A stretch of 64,000 bases of DNA from Octopus bimaculoides. Taxonomy: Eukaryota. Every line of letters begins with the position of its first letter. The first letter of the stretch is position 1. The stretch is taken from the NCBI RefSeq assembly GCF_001194135.2, contig NC_068982.1:98018436-98082435 (forward strand). The letters are read 5' to 3'. Below the pieces are notes generated by a model. That model made no database searches. It worked only from the letters and a program-made list of their open reading frames with translations, and was not told the DNA's origin. A program made the position numbers and the translations under genes. Positions 1-14,600 of the stretch are shown piece by piece.

Positions 1-839
1 AAGAAAGAAAGGGCAGCTCTAGAACTACCAAGCCCATTTGTTACTTCCTCTACCTATGACTAGATCAACAAACATCATACTGCTATGGTATGACTCAATA
101 ACTAAAGTATAGAATGATATATGGCACTCTACCATTAATTTAATATAGAGAGTGCTCAATAATCACTTACTAAAAGAAACCATTACTCCTTATTTTACCA
201 AAAAGTTTTCTTGTAAAAGAATTTGGCAGACATTAACAGCTTTAAATTATTTAATTCTGGAAACAGATTTTTCACATCTATTTCAAATATAATGCATCTA
301 TCCAGTCATTAAAATCTTTAGTTTTAATTTTCATTTCATTTATCTTTTACTTGTTTCAGTCAGTGGACTGTGGACATTGCTGGGGCACTGCCTTCAACAA
401 TGGCTGTCAAGCAGTGGGTAAAGTAAGACATAAAACATCACACACACAACAGGTTTCCATACAGTTTTTATCTACCATATTAACTCACAAGGTACTGGTC
501 AACCTGAGGCTAATTTGTGAACTCAGAAGAAAGGGGGCAAATTAGTACAGGGGCCTGCCCCACCATCAAGACCTCAGATGTTTTCGGATCCTCACACTAC
601 CAATTTTCTCCACAAAATCGGGATAACAGTGGCTGAGAAATGAGCCCTGCAAGGTGGAGTGGATGCTGCAACCAGTGTCACTGGCCATTCTCCATGGCAA
701 CACCATTTGTTCTGGAGAGTGTAGCCTGTCATCCCCTCCCCTCCATTTTCTGCTACTTAACCACTGTCTTTTTTTACTTTTTCTTTGTTTATTTTCAATG
801 TTATATATATAATTTAAAATGCGATCAGTTGGTTTAAAA

Positions 840-1141
840 CAGTGGTTCCCAAACGTTTTCGGGTGGCAACCCCAACACCCTGGTCACATTTCCAGCTCCC
901 TACCCCCACTCACCACCACCACAAATACAGACCACTTTTTGCATCAAATTCAAAACAACTGTATTTCACAAATAAAATTTAACCTAATTAACCCATTATT
1001 TTGGAGGTTTTTTCTACATTCATCGCCTCCATTTGGCCACCCCTTTATCACCCCACTTTTCTTCAATGCCCTTCCCCTTGGATCTTTCCAACCCATCCCA
1101 TCCCCCAAAGGGACAGTATCACCCCCCTTTGGGAACTACTG
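840..1141. mobile_element. hAT (Buster/Charlie-type) MITE
   Basis: TIRs CAGTGGTTCCCAAA...TTTGGGAACTACTG; perfect 8-bp TSD GTTTAAAA at 832-839 and 1142-1149 (NNNTANNN pattern). Confidence 0.9.
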
Positions 1142-4139
1142 GTTTAAAATAAAAATTTGTAAACGCAAAGAAAAAAAAAACAAAAGTGATATGGAAGTAC
1201 TGAACTCAATGGCGAACAAATATAGTAAGCAAACTTCATATGGCTCAGATTTTCTGTTTCCGTTTCAATGTCTAGGATTATTTTGTCCAACATACATCAA
1301 AGATTCAGACACACAATGAAGAAGATTCCATTCATGTAGTATTATGCTAACACGAGGCTATGATGGAGAACTACTCAAGGTACCACACAGCGGGATTGAT
1401 CCTAGAACCAGTTATTACAAAGCAAACATCTTAACTCCACAACTATACCTGAACCATTGTATACCACACACACTCACCAGGACTATGTATTGTTTGTACC
1501 TATCACATCTGTTATACAAGCATGAGCTTTCCTCTCCAAGGTTGGCTTTTTGCTAGTATCTGACAAGTGTGTGTATCAGCTATAATGAAATAAAAAAACC
1601 TCTCATTCAGAGGTCACTGAAAACAAAGCTGTTCTACGTAGGTTTGAGAAGGTACTTGAATCTGATATGAGAATATCTCTTTTTAGTACTTGTGCTGGTG
1701 ACACAAAAAAAACCTCATTAAAACTATTTCTTATTTTTATCAATGTTGTAATCTTAGAATGGCACTAAATAACAAAAATACCACCTTCTGGCATTTGGCT
1801 GTTTTTGAAATAGTTTACACCTCCTAGGGGCCTCATTGACAACCAGACATTTCTTGTAAATGAGATACGTAAAGGCTTACCTTCAGACTGGTAGAACAAT
1901 AATAAAAAAAAATGGCTTAATGTCTTGTTATTTGGATTCAATCAAAGTTTTTATCTATATGATGACAATGCCAACTTGACTTTAATGCTAACTACACCTT
2001 TAAAACAGATACTCTCACCAATGTGTACCTTGGTTTAGAATAGGTACATTGTGTCCCTGCATGTGGCAAATGGTAACTAAGAATACTGGTATCAGGAAGG
2101 ACATCTAGTGATAAAACACTGCCCTAAAAAGGATCCCACACTGAATTTTTATTTAATGTACATCATATCATTCATATTCCAGACATAATACAATAACAAT
2201 AAACATTGTCAGTGACACTGCTTGAAAGTCTCTCTTCCAAATATGTCAACTATAATCTACTGGCTTTACCATTTCCCAATTTTATTTGACCCTCAGCAGC
2301 TGCTCAACTACCTCTTTATTCACTTCCATTGAAGATATTCTAACCCTACCTATTTTCTAAATAGAGAATTCATCCAGCATCATGTGTGTGTGTATGTATA
2401 TATATATCCTTTTTGAACACAACCCCAGAAAAATTTATAATGAAATAAAAGGGATCTAAGTTGGTTTAGACAAGGAGTGTTCCATTTGTTGAATCAATGC
2501 AACTACCTATGTATATGAGTATTCCACAGACGCTTGTATCATTCATATACTCCTCAGGTAGAATCAGCATGACACAGCATAAAACTGGCCCTTTGACTTA
2601 AAAGGCTCAATCCATTCAACAAGCTTCCAGTTTCATTTACACAGTCTCATTCACAAAACTTGGGTTGACCTGAAACTATGGTGGAAAGACCCTTAGCGAA
2701 GATTCAAATAGTGGTATTGCAAAGTGAAAATTCATAATCATTCTGCACACCTGCACGCACACATACATACATACACACACACACAATCTAAACTACACTA
2801 TCCCTTTAACCAACCATAACACTCCTTTATATAAATGTTACATTTAACATTTCTCTGCAAACCTTTCATGGAAAACACAGTCAGTTTACAGTCGCTGCAC
2901 AGCTGGGGCTGTATAACAGTTACTGATTTTTCATCTTTAGGATCTGGAAAACTATAGTCTGCAGTACAAACCACTAAACTGAAATGGTACAATCGGATGA
3001 AAACCAGTGATACTCCTCAACAGTGATTAGTAAATACAAAAAGTTTGTGAAACAGAATGAATTAGTTTACCAGTGGTGGGGTGGTTGGGGGGAGATCTAC
3101 ATGACAAACTTTCAAAGGAAAAAGATGAAATGCTTAGATCAGTAGCTTTAAATGAACATTGATTCTATACATCATTGCCTATAAAGCATTCTAAAACAAC
3201 TGGGCTATCATTAAGATGAATAAAAGCTTTCTCTGTTGTTTCAGCCGTAACTATTATGGCCTCTACAGCAATGCATGCTTTACTACAGTTTCCTTTCGAC
3301 TGTTAACTATCAAAAATTTAAACTATACATTTACATTACTAACATTACACACACACACAAGTTTATGACTATTCAAATATCATAGCACTCTTCAACAAAA
3401 TGGTTTGGTCTGGAGAAAGGGTGATACTTCACCAATGGCCTTCACAGCCCCACTGAGACTTTTAAGATCAACACTACATGATCTATGCACTCCATATATA
3501 TTATATATAGCATCTACTAATGTACATGACATTGGGCATGTTCCCTACTATCAACACCACCTTCTCTGTCACCACCAGCACCACTAATATTATAAACAAT
3601 AACTAAGAAAATATATTTGTGAACTCTTAGAATCCCCAGGGTGGCTACCACTTACAGACATGAAGTCAAATTTCATTAACAACATATTAAGCAGTTAATA
3701 AGCTTAAATTTGGTCATTGTTCGTTAACTTGCTGATTTAGCAATAATTGTGCACCCTCACTCCCATTATTCCTCTCTCCTTTCTTCCCCATTCTTTCTCT
3801 CTCTCTCTCTCTCTCCACACACATTGCATCCATTTACAGACACAATAAAATAAGTTTAGCATTATTTCTCAATTACCAATTTCACCTGTTAAAATATTTT
3901 TAAATATGGTAATTAAACTAAATTGTAATTGAATACGTAATTAAATTGTAATTAATTATTCCAATTGAAGACAGCCTTTGCAGTATATAGCTAATACAAT
4001 TATTACATACAAAAAGGAAAAATTTAGAAATTGCTGAGTCATTAATGTTTTACAGATGAAGACAGCTTATCAATATAATCCAGGGAATAAACTGAAATAA
4101 GCAGTAAGTCTTAGAAGGTACTGTACTGTACTTTATGTG

Positions 4140-4330
4140 TCAATCTCCTCAAGTACCATCATTCTGGTGCTATCCGCATCATTAAGAGCAACATTGTGTC
4201 TTTATGTTAGTCACATACTTGTAAATGCTTCTGCTCAATGGCTATAATTATTATAATGTACACTCTACAGAGTTAACACTTTTGCATCCACAGCTATGCT
4301 TAAAACTAACAAGACACACTCCCACATCCA
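4140..4330 (+). mobile_element. CR1/L2-like LINE 3' remnant
   Basis: Translates YNYYNVHSTELTLLHPQ, resembling the YRYYxGxCSSEL C-terminal ORF2 motif also seen at 23715-24090; heavily decayed. Confidence 0.4.
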
Positions 4331-6199
4331 CACACACACACATATCCACAAACTGCAAGATGTGGCCTCTGCAAGGTCAGGTGCAAGTAGCCTGTCTAGG
4401 AGAGCCATAATTCTGAATAAAAAAAACAAGACACTTTGGTTCTGCTGCATTATAGTGCAACTGGCATGATAAAATGTGCTCAGCCTACATGGTTAAGCGA
4501 CTGATGGTAAGCAGAACATTGAGATATATAAAATCTATGCCAAAAACATGATATTAACAACAAAAATGCAGCTCATGACAAAGAATTGCATGGTAAAAAG
4601 ACAAAATATGAGAAAAACAGCAGTATATAAAGGCACATTATGCATGCACATACACATTCACACACTATTATATATATCACTAACGATTTAAACATTCTGA
4701 AAAATTACAACTAGTCTTATAAGTACCATCACCTGAATAAAAATATCTCCACTCTCTATTGTTTGTTATTGAGCACTTTACCTTAAACTGTGGTTCTCCC
4801 AGCTTCCTTAAATGGATTATATGTATGTGTGTGTATTTTTATATTGGTATTCACTTATATTTTTAGCACGAAATGCAGGTATTAAATGATGATATGAAAA
4901 ACATTTGAATGTAGCATTTCTACAATTATTTTCTTGCAGACAAAATACTAATATTTTTGACTACTTCTCATAAACACATAAGACATGAAGAGTATAAAAA
5001 GATACAAACTACTTGTTTTAGCATAGGAAGCTGAAATAGTGACAAAAATACAAAACAAAAGAAGTGCATGTAACTTCTTAATATTTTTTCTTTAATCTCA
5101 GGAAATATATCTTAGGTTTTTTTGGTGTATTTTTTTTCTTCTCCCAATCTACTAAAATGAAAATAATGCTTTTTTCAGGCCTGGCTGCTCATGTAATTAA
5201 GTGGCAATATATATTCAGAACAGGAAATAAATTCGATAATCAATTGAAACAAAAAGTTGGAAAAAAATAAAAATAATAATTATATTTTTGCTCATTAAGC
5301 CTCAAAGGGTATATTCTCAATTAGTTAAGTGACGTTAAAGTGGCTTGAAAACTTCTCACTGACTGACTCACTGACACAATTCAGAGCAGCAGTATTTGAT
5401 TAACCACAGACTAACAAGTCTTCAAGACTGTTACAAGTTACATTCAATGTCATACAAAGGCAACAGGGGGTCATTTAGAAATAAATGCCTCACTCAACTT
5501 CTAGCACTAATTAATGTTTTGATAATTACACAGAAATGTTCTATTGGAGCAGATCTAAGTGCCTCTTTCAACAACAAACACTTTACCTGCGACCACAGAA
5601 CAATATAACTAGTGACCCAAACGTTTTTAACAACAATTTGCACTAACAAGAAGAGATTAGTTGAATTACAAAGATTAAACTGAACTAACTATTCATCTTT
5701 ATCCTTTCTCTCAATCTTTACACTCAACTCTGATCAATGGCAGATTTATTAGCTTTTTGAAATGTTTCAAAACAAAACCCAAATGCCTCAGGCTTGTTTC
5801 CTAGCATTTATCCCTTTACTGAGTATATTCGGTTCCGTGCATGTACACTTGTGACATGGGAAGTGAATTAAACTTGTTTTTCATAGTAGAGTACTTCCTT
5901 GAAATTCTCCACATTTCATTACATAACACATTTTATTTTGACTGGTCAACAGAAAGTGATTGCAAAAACTAATTTGCAAATGATTAGCATTTACCATTAC
6001 CAGCATGGGTTAAAATAAATAAGCCTTTCTTGTGACAGGGTGGTAGTATATTGCAGAAGATTATTTCAAGACATAAAACCTGTCTCAGTATATCTGGGTG
6101 CTTAAATATACAAACATTACATCTAGGTGCTCAAATACAGGACAGAACTGAATTGAACTCTATGAATTGATATGCCAATATTGTAATTCCTCTAAGCTT

Positions 6200-7930
6200 A
6201 TCATCTATTCTACTACAAGGAGAATCCAGAGCAGCTGTAAACATATTTTTGACAGTGTCCTATAATATTTGGGTACAGCAGAGGCACTGACTGCAAGGTG
6301 AGTGAACAATATTTTAATGGAAGCTACAATTAAGTTTTGTGGAAGATCAAGTAATGAGAGTTAAAGAATCTTCTGGCCTTAAAGTGGAAGTCTAATTTTT
6401 GACACAATCTCGCTATGAAAAATCATCAGAGATTGTGGATCCTGGAATTTGCATTATCTCTAGGGTTATAGTAAAAGACTATTTCATATGATATCTGTAA
6501 GGATTATGTCCACAAACCATTGACACAGCTTGTTATGTATGTCTTTCTTAGCAGATGAGTTATCTAGGTTGTGTGGATAATGTATGCGTGCAAAAGGTGA
6601 GTGGTAAGGGAAAGGCTATCATATCTGCATAGCAGTATGCGAAACAACTTAAATTTGGAGTACGAGTTGAAAGAATATATCAGCAGAGAGGGGGGGGGGG
6701 AGAGTACTAACATATGGTGATACAGAGCTTAAAGTTCTAAAAAAGAAGAGACCACTGATAGATGTGGTTCAACAGCAACCATGTTTGTGCTCACTGAGAA
6801 AGGAAAGTGACTCAGTACTAAAAGATTATGATCACTATTGAGATGGTGGAAGTTAAGAGTGATATGTCAGCAGTTGGTAGGGTTACTCAGGTTGCTCTTC
6901 TTGTGGATGAGATAAACAGCTGAGTTTTCAAGGAGTTTTATTTTGTGTTCATACACACTGTGTAGCTGGAAGCAAAACGAGCATCAAGTATAATAACATT
7001 ATCAGCTTATAGAACCATCTTGGTTAAAAAACAACAGAAAGGACAATTCTACAGATTCTCCTAACCAGGCTATCATTTAGGAGGTGAAGAGGCTGAAAGG
7101 TCATATGATACATTACGATAGGCTTTTCTTTTCTAATGATCTCTCAGGTCTTGTGGTACTGGATACACAATTTGCTCTTGAGGATGGTGACTTCTTCCTT
7201 AATTTGTTAGTATTCTTTGCTTTACAGCTGCAGAGCAGCTATAAGCGAGCCACTTGAGTACTTGTGCTTGTGTGGGGAATGTGAGTGTCTATGTAGAGAA
7301 TGGCTTCAGTCACCTGCTTAACATTCTTGGGTGGGTCAGAGGTGAAGCTTGTTTCTTGCCATGGTGAGTCACCATAGAACTGCTAGGATTGTAAACTGCC
7401 TTAACTGAGAGTTCAAGGGTCAGGAGCTGTTATGCAGCAGAAAGATGTGAGGTGTGTGTCTTGATTAGACAGTGGTCGGATAATCCAATGAGAGCAGAGA
7501 TGGCAGTGATGATTAGAAAAGGTTGGTTTTGGTGGTGAGAAAGGGATCAAGAGTATATTAAGAGTCAGCATGTCAGTCAGGTGGGAAGGCAAGGATTATT
7601 AATTGGTATCAACAGTTCAGAAAGCAAACAATTCTGTGTCTGTGCCAGCAGTGTGTCAAGGTGCACTTGCATGTGTGTGTGTGTGTATGGTGGCAGGGGG
7701 TGCAAAAGCCTTGAAAATTCATGTTCAATAAAGTCTCCGAAGAAGATGATACTAGAGAGAAGTGAAATGAGATAGATGTTCTTAATACATGGCAAGATGT
7801 AGTTAAATTAATTAATGGTGATTATGAAGTTCAGAAAGTCATAGAAATTGAATGAACTTTGAGGAGAGGGAAAGAGAGTAACTAAATATAGGTAATGTTG
7901 CTAATAATTTTGTTAAAGTGGTGGGAAGAG
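6200..7930 (-). mobile_element. Decayed CR1/L2-like LINE ORF2 (endonuclease plus RT) with internal deletions
   Basis: Minus-strand translation retains an APE-like IIFFGDF motif (about 7740), a decayed PQGSVLSP-like segment (about 6700), YAD (about 6620) and IPGSTISDDFS (about 6430); many stops and frameshifts. Confidence 0.7.
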
Positions 7931-9488
7931 TTGATTCAAAATGGGCACAAACACTACATTCTAGAACTATGTTAAAATATAGACTGCAGCTATAGCTATT
8001 CCTCATTTATACAGGTAGACACACGTGCACACACACACACTTTTGTATTTAGTTTGCAAGGTTCTTCATGTGCTGGAACATATTTTGTTGTTATCTAGGG
8101 AGGGTCACTGTGCCAATAGTAGACACATGCACTGGTTCCATTTCACTTATTTTTATTTGTTAATTGGTTAAGAATTTAACCAATTAACTGATTGTTTGAT
8201 TTACTCATTTGGTCAATGAATCAAGATAATTTTGTCAAAATCTTTTTGTCCCCATTTGTGACCTCATCGATGATAAGCCCTCTCTACTCCAGGTCAACTC
8301 TTTGTCTGTCTGTCAGTCTCTTCAGCTTCCATAATTTTGACTCACAGACATCTTACATTACAGTTGACTGGTTATCTATAGAATAACCCACCCAGCTGTA
8401 AAAACAATTGCTGTAACATGTAAATGTTCCAAACCTAACCCACCGGTACAGCTAATAATAACTGAATTACTCCCACACACATGGAAAACATTACCCTGAT
8501 GCAGAGATTGTTCACTTGCCTGTTTAGACTCTCCTTCCTTGCCACACACCACATAACAAAGAAAAAGCATCTCCTTCCTACATGTTATTCCAAACAGACC
8601 TATTCCTTCCAACCTATAAACTACATCACATAGGAACTCTCTCTCTCTCTTCATCTTCCTCTTTTCCCTCCCTCCAGCTCTGCTTGCCTTACACAGAACA
8701 ATTCAAATGAAACAAACAAAGCATTACACATATTTACATTTACACCATCCTCTGCCATCATCCAAACTTTTCAACATAGGACTATTTAGATTCTGCTGTA
8801 TTTGACTTCTTGGTAATAATAAGATTAAATATACACAGACACAGACACACGCTCCATTGCAAAGTCAGACAGTAACTGAACCCAAATTCCTCATTCTACT
8901 TCCTTTACACAACTCACAACACAGTAGCCAGCTCTTACTGTAAAAATGCCAGCCTCTCATCCCAGCCCCAACTACCTGCCTTCCACTTGGAAATGTCTCC
9001 ATCACCACCACCCCTACTCTGCTTCCATGGGTTGGATTGATCCACCAACAAACAGCTGTTGCATATAAAATTTTACAGAAGTGTAGTAGCGGTATTAGTA
9101 TGACTACCAACAATGACTATGTATAACGGATGTATAACTGGGGCAAAATATTTTACAGCTGGATACTTTCATAACAGCAGTCAAAGTTGATGTTAGTGGA
9201 TATGTTACTAAATTTCTCGTTAGTAAATTACTAAAGCATATATCATATGCTGTATCAGCTCAGTGATTATATGAGATTAGACTAGGTTCTACTCATTATG
9301 TGTGTGTGTTGATTCCAGAATCAGCATCAACCAGATTGATTCTGTCATGGGAGGGATGAAGCAGGAACCTGGAATGAGGGATGGTTCTGTTCAAGGAAAT
9401 TCCACTTGCTACTATTCATGGTTTTATGATTATCTTTGGATTGAACCAATAGTTAGTCATCTATGCAGCATCCTTCATCATTATCACC

Positions 9489-9519
<31 letters not shown>

Positions 9520-9527
9520 CACATACA

Positions 9528-11355
9528 CAGAGGTGGATACTGTTAATCAAAAAGTTAACTTTGTTCATTGTTAATCCGTTAATTCTTTGAAAATGTAATG
9601 GAAGTTAATGTTAACTTTTATTGAAAAAAGGCATAACTACAGTTTAATACCCCACCAACTTCGTTGCCTCATAACTTCCAGAAAAATGGATACTTTTTAA
9701 CAAAACTTTCACCAAATTATTGCTTATATCCTTTAGATTGAATGTATGTAAAGATTTGCCGGAATAAAAATCTGTTCTGAGAGGTTGGGGAGCAGAGCTT
9801 CAGAAAATTCACAGGACCCAACATTTTCCCCCTCGTAACTTTCTGGGAAAGAGGTATTTTTAAATGAAATTTTATACAAATACCTTTCAAACAGTGTAAA
9901 TTGCGATTATGAAATTTGTAGGCAAAATTTTTGAAAGGGGTGGGGTGGGGGTGGAGTTTCTGGAAAACGGAGTTCCGGATCAGATAGCTCATATAAATTA
10001 AGATTTGTTTTGACAGGGATTTTTCCAGTGTTTTTCACGAAAGTTTTCAGAATGATGGGAGGCATCTTTACATGCAAAAAAAGAAAAAAAAAAAGAAGAT
10101 AATTTTGAAAATTTATTTATGTTTACTCCTGCCACCCCCTCACCACACCAGTCCAAAACGATTTTGCCCATTTTTCTTTTTTTTCTTTTTCATTAGACAC
10201 TTAAAACCCATGAAAGAAACATTTTCAGCTTAAAAAAAAAAGGTAATAATTGCAGAGGGAAATGTGTGATTTAAGGAAGATCTGGCTGTTGTTTCTAGCA
10301 CCTCCTAAAACCTCTTTCCTTGTTTCTTTCTCACTGACACATCTATTGATATTTTTCAACATTTTTCTCCCACATCAATAAATTTTATGGAATGATGATG
10401 TCAAAGTAACACACGTGTAGTCCCAACTGAGCGAGGCTGTGTTATGTGTGTGTGTGTGTGTAAGAAAAAAAAAATCACCTAAAAACATCTTTAGTATTCA
10501 TATTAGTCTGTCAAATGTAATGCTTATTTGTTTATGTTATTTTGAATTATTCAGGCTCAAGAAGAGTGCCCACAATATTTGCTTGTAACCGTAAATTTTT
10601 GACAGATTTGAAATTTTGTCAGTGGATGCTTTATATACCACTGGTTTATAGTTATGTAATTTTAGCTGATTTTGCTGAGTAAATTTGACTTTTATGGGCA
10701 GGTAAATTTAATTAACAGGTGTAAATGCAATAACATTATGAAACACTAAAATTGAAATTCTTAATGCATTTTACCTGTTTGATTTGTTACTAAAATTATC
10801 CCAGATGGCAAGTGACAAAAAATTTGCCACTTTTCAAGACAAGGTACAAGATTTTATTCTTTTGGTAATTATTTCATGCCTTCGTTTGTAATAATTTTTT
10901 TCTGCAGCTTTTTCAAGTGTATTCAACATATCTGACCTCCAAACCCTCTGCAAGCCACTTTCCTGGAAAAGAAAGATGGGAGGGGTGGTGGGGACCATTT
11001 CCTCTAGACAGGATAAAAGAAAGTTCCTGCTGTCTTTGCAAGCAACAAGCGTGTGGATTTAGTTTCAAATCCAGGCAGGGCCAAACAAGGTCCTACAGGT
11101 TATTTATAATAATAATAATAATAAGTGACGTTATATCGAGGTTGAAAGATTGACGCGTACAATATTAAATATGCTAAGGCAATCTGAAAACAATAGAAGC
11201 TTTTTATGAAATTTGAATTAATGGAAGCTAAATGTAATGGAAGTTAATTAGTCCAATAATGATTTTCAAAGTTAACTTAAAAGTTAAATCGTTAACAAAA
11301 ATGTTAACTTCGTTAATTAATTATTAACGGATTAACAGACTTACACCCAGCTCTG
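9528..11355. mobile_element. Putative non-autonomous hAT-like DNA element
   Basis: Imperfect TIR CAGAG(G/C)TGG...CCAGCTCTG; arrays of GTTAAY motifs at both ends; AATGTAATGGAAGTTAAT present near both ends; no clean TSD because both flanks are CA/TG microsatellite. Confidence 0.5.
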
Positions 11356-11384
11356 TGTGTGTGTATATTATATATATATATAAA

Positions 11385-11519
11385 ATCATCATCATTTAAC
11401 GTCCGTTTTCCATGCTGGTATGGGTTGGATGGTTCGACTGGGGTCTGGGAAGCCAGGAGGCTGCACCAAGCCCCAATCTGATCTGGCAGTGTTTCTACAG
11501 CTAGATGCCCTTCCTAATG
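11385..11519 (-). mobile_element. RTE LINE 3' tail fragment
   Basis: Reverse complement of the 3' end of the RTE at 22600-22790 (CCAACCCAT...AGCATGGAAAACGGACGTTAAA plus (GAT)n); truncated by a 10-N gap. Confidence 0.85.
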
Positions 11520-11529
11520 NNNNNNNNNN
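11520..11529. other. Assembly gap (10 N)
   Basis: N run. Confidence 1.
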
Positions 11530-11671
11530 ATATATATACATATACATATATATATATATACACATACACATACACATTTACACACACACAGATATGCATG
11601 CATTTAAATTTGGGTTTTCACCAATGAGAAAAGAGCACTCAGTACTTGTAACAGTGTTCATTTATTTAAAC

Positions 11672-11868
11672 CAGTGCTTCTTCACCAGGGTCCAATTTTT
11701 GGGAGTTCAAGCAACAATAGTATTTTAAGAGCTCCTGAAAAAATTTTGCTTTAGATGTATGTATTGCAAGAAACAGCTAGGTTTCTTTCTCTAACATTTT
11801 ACATAATTCAACACACACCAGTTAGCGATCAAAGGGGTGAACAGACAGAAAATGGTTGAGAACCTCTG
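11672..11868. mobile_element. hAT (Buster/Charlie-type) MITE
   Basis: Ends CAGTGCTTCTTCACC...GGTTGAGAACCTCTG; perfect 8-bp TSD ATTTAAAC at 11664-11671 and 11869-11876. Confidence 0.9.
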
Positions 11869-14289
11869 ATTTAAACTAAAGATTCAGCTTGTCACTACTC
11901 AGTTTTGGTGTACAATCAGTTTATCAATGAAAAATGTGTATTTGTGTATAAAACATCTCTTACTACAATTCCATTAGCATATAATTATCATAATCATGAC
12001 CAGGATATGTTGTGTAAAGAGTGCAATGATAAACATCAAGTATGCCAGGAACAAGCAGCAGCTGTAACAGCAGTAACCCAGCTGTAATACCATGGAGAAT
12101 GGAGAAACAGATTTGCTCAACCAAAAACTTTTGTATGATAATATCAAGATGCTAATACGAAGCATCTATTTACATTTTTGATGCTACAAAACACATTGTA
12201 AAAATGTATATTTTATTTCAGAAATATTCTAACCCAAATCTGGGGCCCCTAGAGTAACTTCTGAAGTTACAGCAATAATAACTCCAAAAGTCTCATTCAA
12301 CCCTGCTAGCATGGAAAAGCAGATGCAATGATGAGGATGATGATGGTGATGAAGATGATGGTGATGATGATGATGATGATGATGATGATACACTCTATAA
12401 TGTGGCGGACAATGAACAGAGACAAATTAGGATGGAAGGATTCTTGAGTCATGTCGAGGACATGACAACCTCTCTAGAATTGGTGCCATGATGAACTACA
12501 CACAGTTGTAGAAACTATACCAAAGCTTGAACTTATGAGTGAGATCTGATCTTCTGATAGCTTTAGACGAGCAGCAACTCCAATTAAGAATTGATTCAGA
12601 CTTACAAACACACATGTAGTTGACAGTGACCAAGTTTCATTTCATGAGAATTTATTTGAGTTTCAATAAGCCTAGTGAAACTCCATGTCACAATCAATTC
12701 TGTACATAATAAACTTGACTACTTCTATTGAATAATTTTATTGGTAAAGGCTTGTTGTTAATCGAGAATTAATTGTGGTATTTATTCCTGTCCTTGGGCT
12801 TTTCAATTTCATATCAATCCCTGCCACACACACACAAAAGAAAAGAAAAAACAGAAACAAAAACAAAGAATTTGACAAATAAATGGTTAGCTATTTGAGC
12901 AAGTCAAACACTAAATTCCAAAGAGCAGAATGTAACCTGTGAGCTGCAGTTTGCCAAAATTTGACATAGTAGTATAAACATATGATTATATTAATCATAT
13001 AATTTGTAGTATTATTTACAAATCAAATCTACTTAAACATGTAGCTTAATGATGATACAGAAACTGAAACTAAACAATTCCTGTTACAATTGTAAGTCTC
13101 TTAGTACTGTATATTGAGTTCTTAGATTAACATTTGACCACAAGTGCAATAAAGGGGTATCATTAATGGTATCAAAGGAAGTAGTGTCTCCTGGCTTTTA
13201 CAGAAACTCAAACTAATGTGGCTGATGTTCAGTCTGAACATCTACAAGAAAAGCAAGAATATAAAAAGAAGTTGAAAACTAAAACCCACTCTGAATGGTT
13301 GCAACAAAGTGCTATGCGCTAAAAACAGCCAAAGGGACCTGAAACAGAGTGAAACCTACTAATGGTAACTTGAGGGCCTTGAAATAAAGGGGGCCTTCAA
13401 CTAAAGTAGTGTGAAGGCCCCAAAATAGAGTGAGGTCTAATAGCAGACTGAAAGCCCTGAAACAAAGGGAAGTTTGTTAAAAGTAGCCAGAGGTTAGATG
13501 ATGGTATTAAATGGAGGGGTTTGTTGATGAATGAACAATAATCAACTGAGGTTTGATCTGAACATGGAATGTAAAGAAGCATAAGAAAATACTACAAGTC
13601 ATAAAAATAATATCAACTGACTGTGCCATTCCACTAATTCATTCTCTACTGCCTGCAACAACAGCTCTCTTTCTGTGCCACAACACCACATTCATCATTT
13701 GTGCCACTGTAATACCTCACTACCTATCTTTCAAACTATTACATTGTGTGCCATACTTCATCTACTTTCTTGTTGTGCCACTCCACCACTACCTTTCTCA
13801 CCATTATTATAATGTACAATACACAACACCGTTCTCACAATAAGTATTGTGATACACCAACACCACCACATAATGGACTACGTCACCCATGCCACCACCA
13901 TTACACTGTGACACTGCACCACTATCTTCTGACACTCCATCCACTTTTCTCACAGCACTGCTCTACTTTCACCACAGTACAAGATATTGGTTTATCATCA
14001 CTGGCCGAGAAACCACTACAAATATTCCTATATATATTAATGTTTAACTTGTAATAGTTATCTCCATGAATAGACAATCTAAGTTTTAAGATTTTGGAAA
14101 GGTTTAGCAGCATATCTGCAATTTTATATATGACTGCATAATATTCTAGTGTTGAGATTTTGGTCAAAATCTGATTTTAAATATGATGGCCTTAGTATGA
14201 GTGATCAGTCTCAAGCAGGTTGGTACTGTAGAGTTGAGCAGATCTGTATCAGTGAGACTCCACAATAATATCAAATTAAAACTGTAATT

Positions 14290-14600
14290 CATCATCATCA
14301 TTATCATTTACTGTCCATTGTCCATGCTGACATGGGTTAGATGGTTTGACCAGAGCCAGCAAGCTGGGGAGCTGCACCAGACTCCAGGCATGGTTTCTAT
14401 GGCTGCATGCCCTTCTTAATGCCAACCACTTTACAGAGTGTGCTGGGTGATTTTATGTGGCACACTGCACAGGTATTTTTACATGGCACCACACAGACGA
14501 TTTTACGTGATACTGCATGGGTACTTGTATGTGATCCTGCCATGTGTGCTTTTCATCACAAGAAGGACTGGTCTTAACACTTCTGCTGTGGAGTACAAGT
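14290..14600 (-). mobile_element. RTE 3' tail fragment with degenerate ~20-bp tandem units
   Basis: (CAT)n followed by CCATGCTGACATGGGTTAGATGG, matching the other tail copies; repeated TTTTA(C/T)(G/A)TG units at 14450-14540. Confidence 0.75.

Noticed and set aside
819-1319. 166-aa ORF
   Set aside because: It runs through a hAT MITE; no domain, chance open frame.
2798-2992. Minus ORF ...VCTADYSFPDPKDEKSVTVIQPQLCSDCKLTVFSMK, and similar stretches at 8990-9070, 16710-16870 and 45450-45690
   Set aside because: Weak or ambiguous splice sites and no recognisable family; not distinguishable from chance.
6256-6303. Plus-strand exon CPIIFGYSRGTDCK with a strong GTGAGT donor
   Set aside because: It lies antisense within the decayed CR1-like ORF2; more simply explained as repeat-derived.
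13190-13420. Possible R4/Dong C-terminal remnant
   Set aside because: Only a faint TY*W..GL resemblance; too decayed to support.
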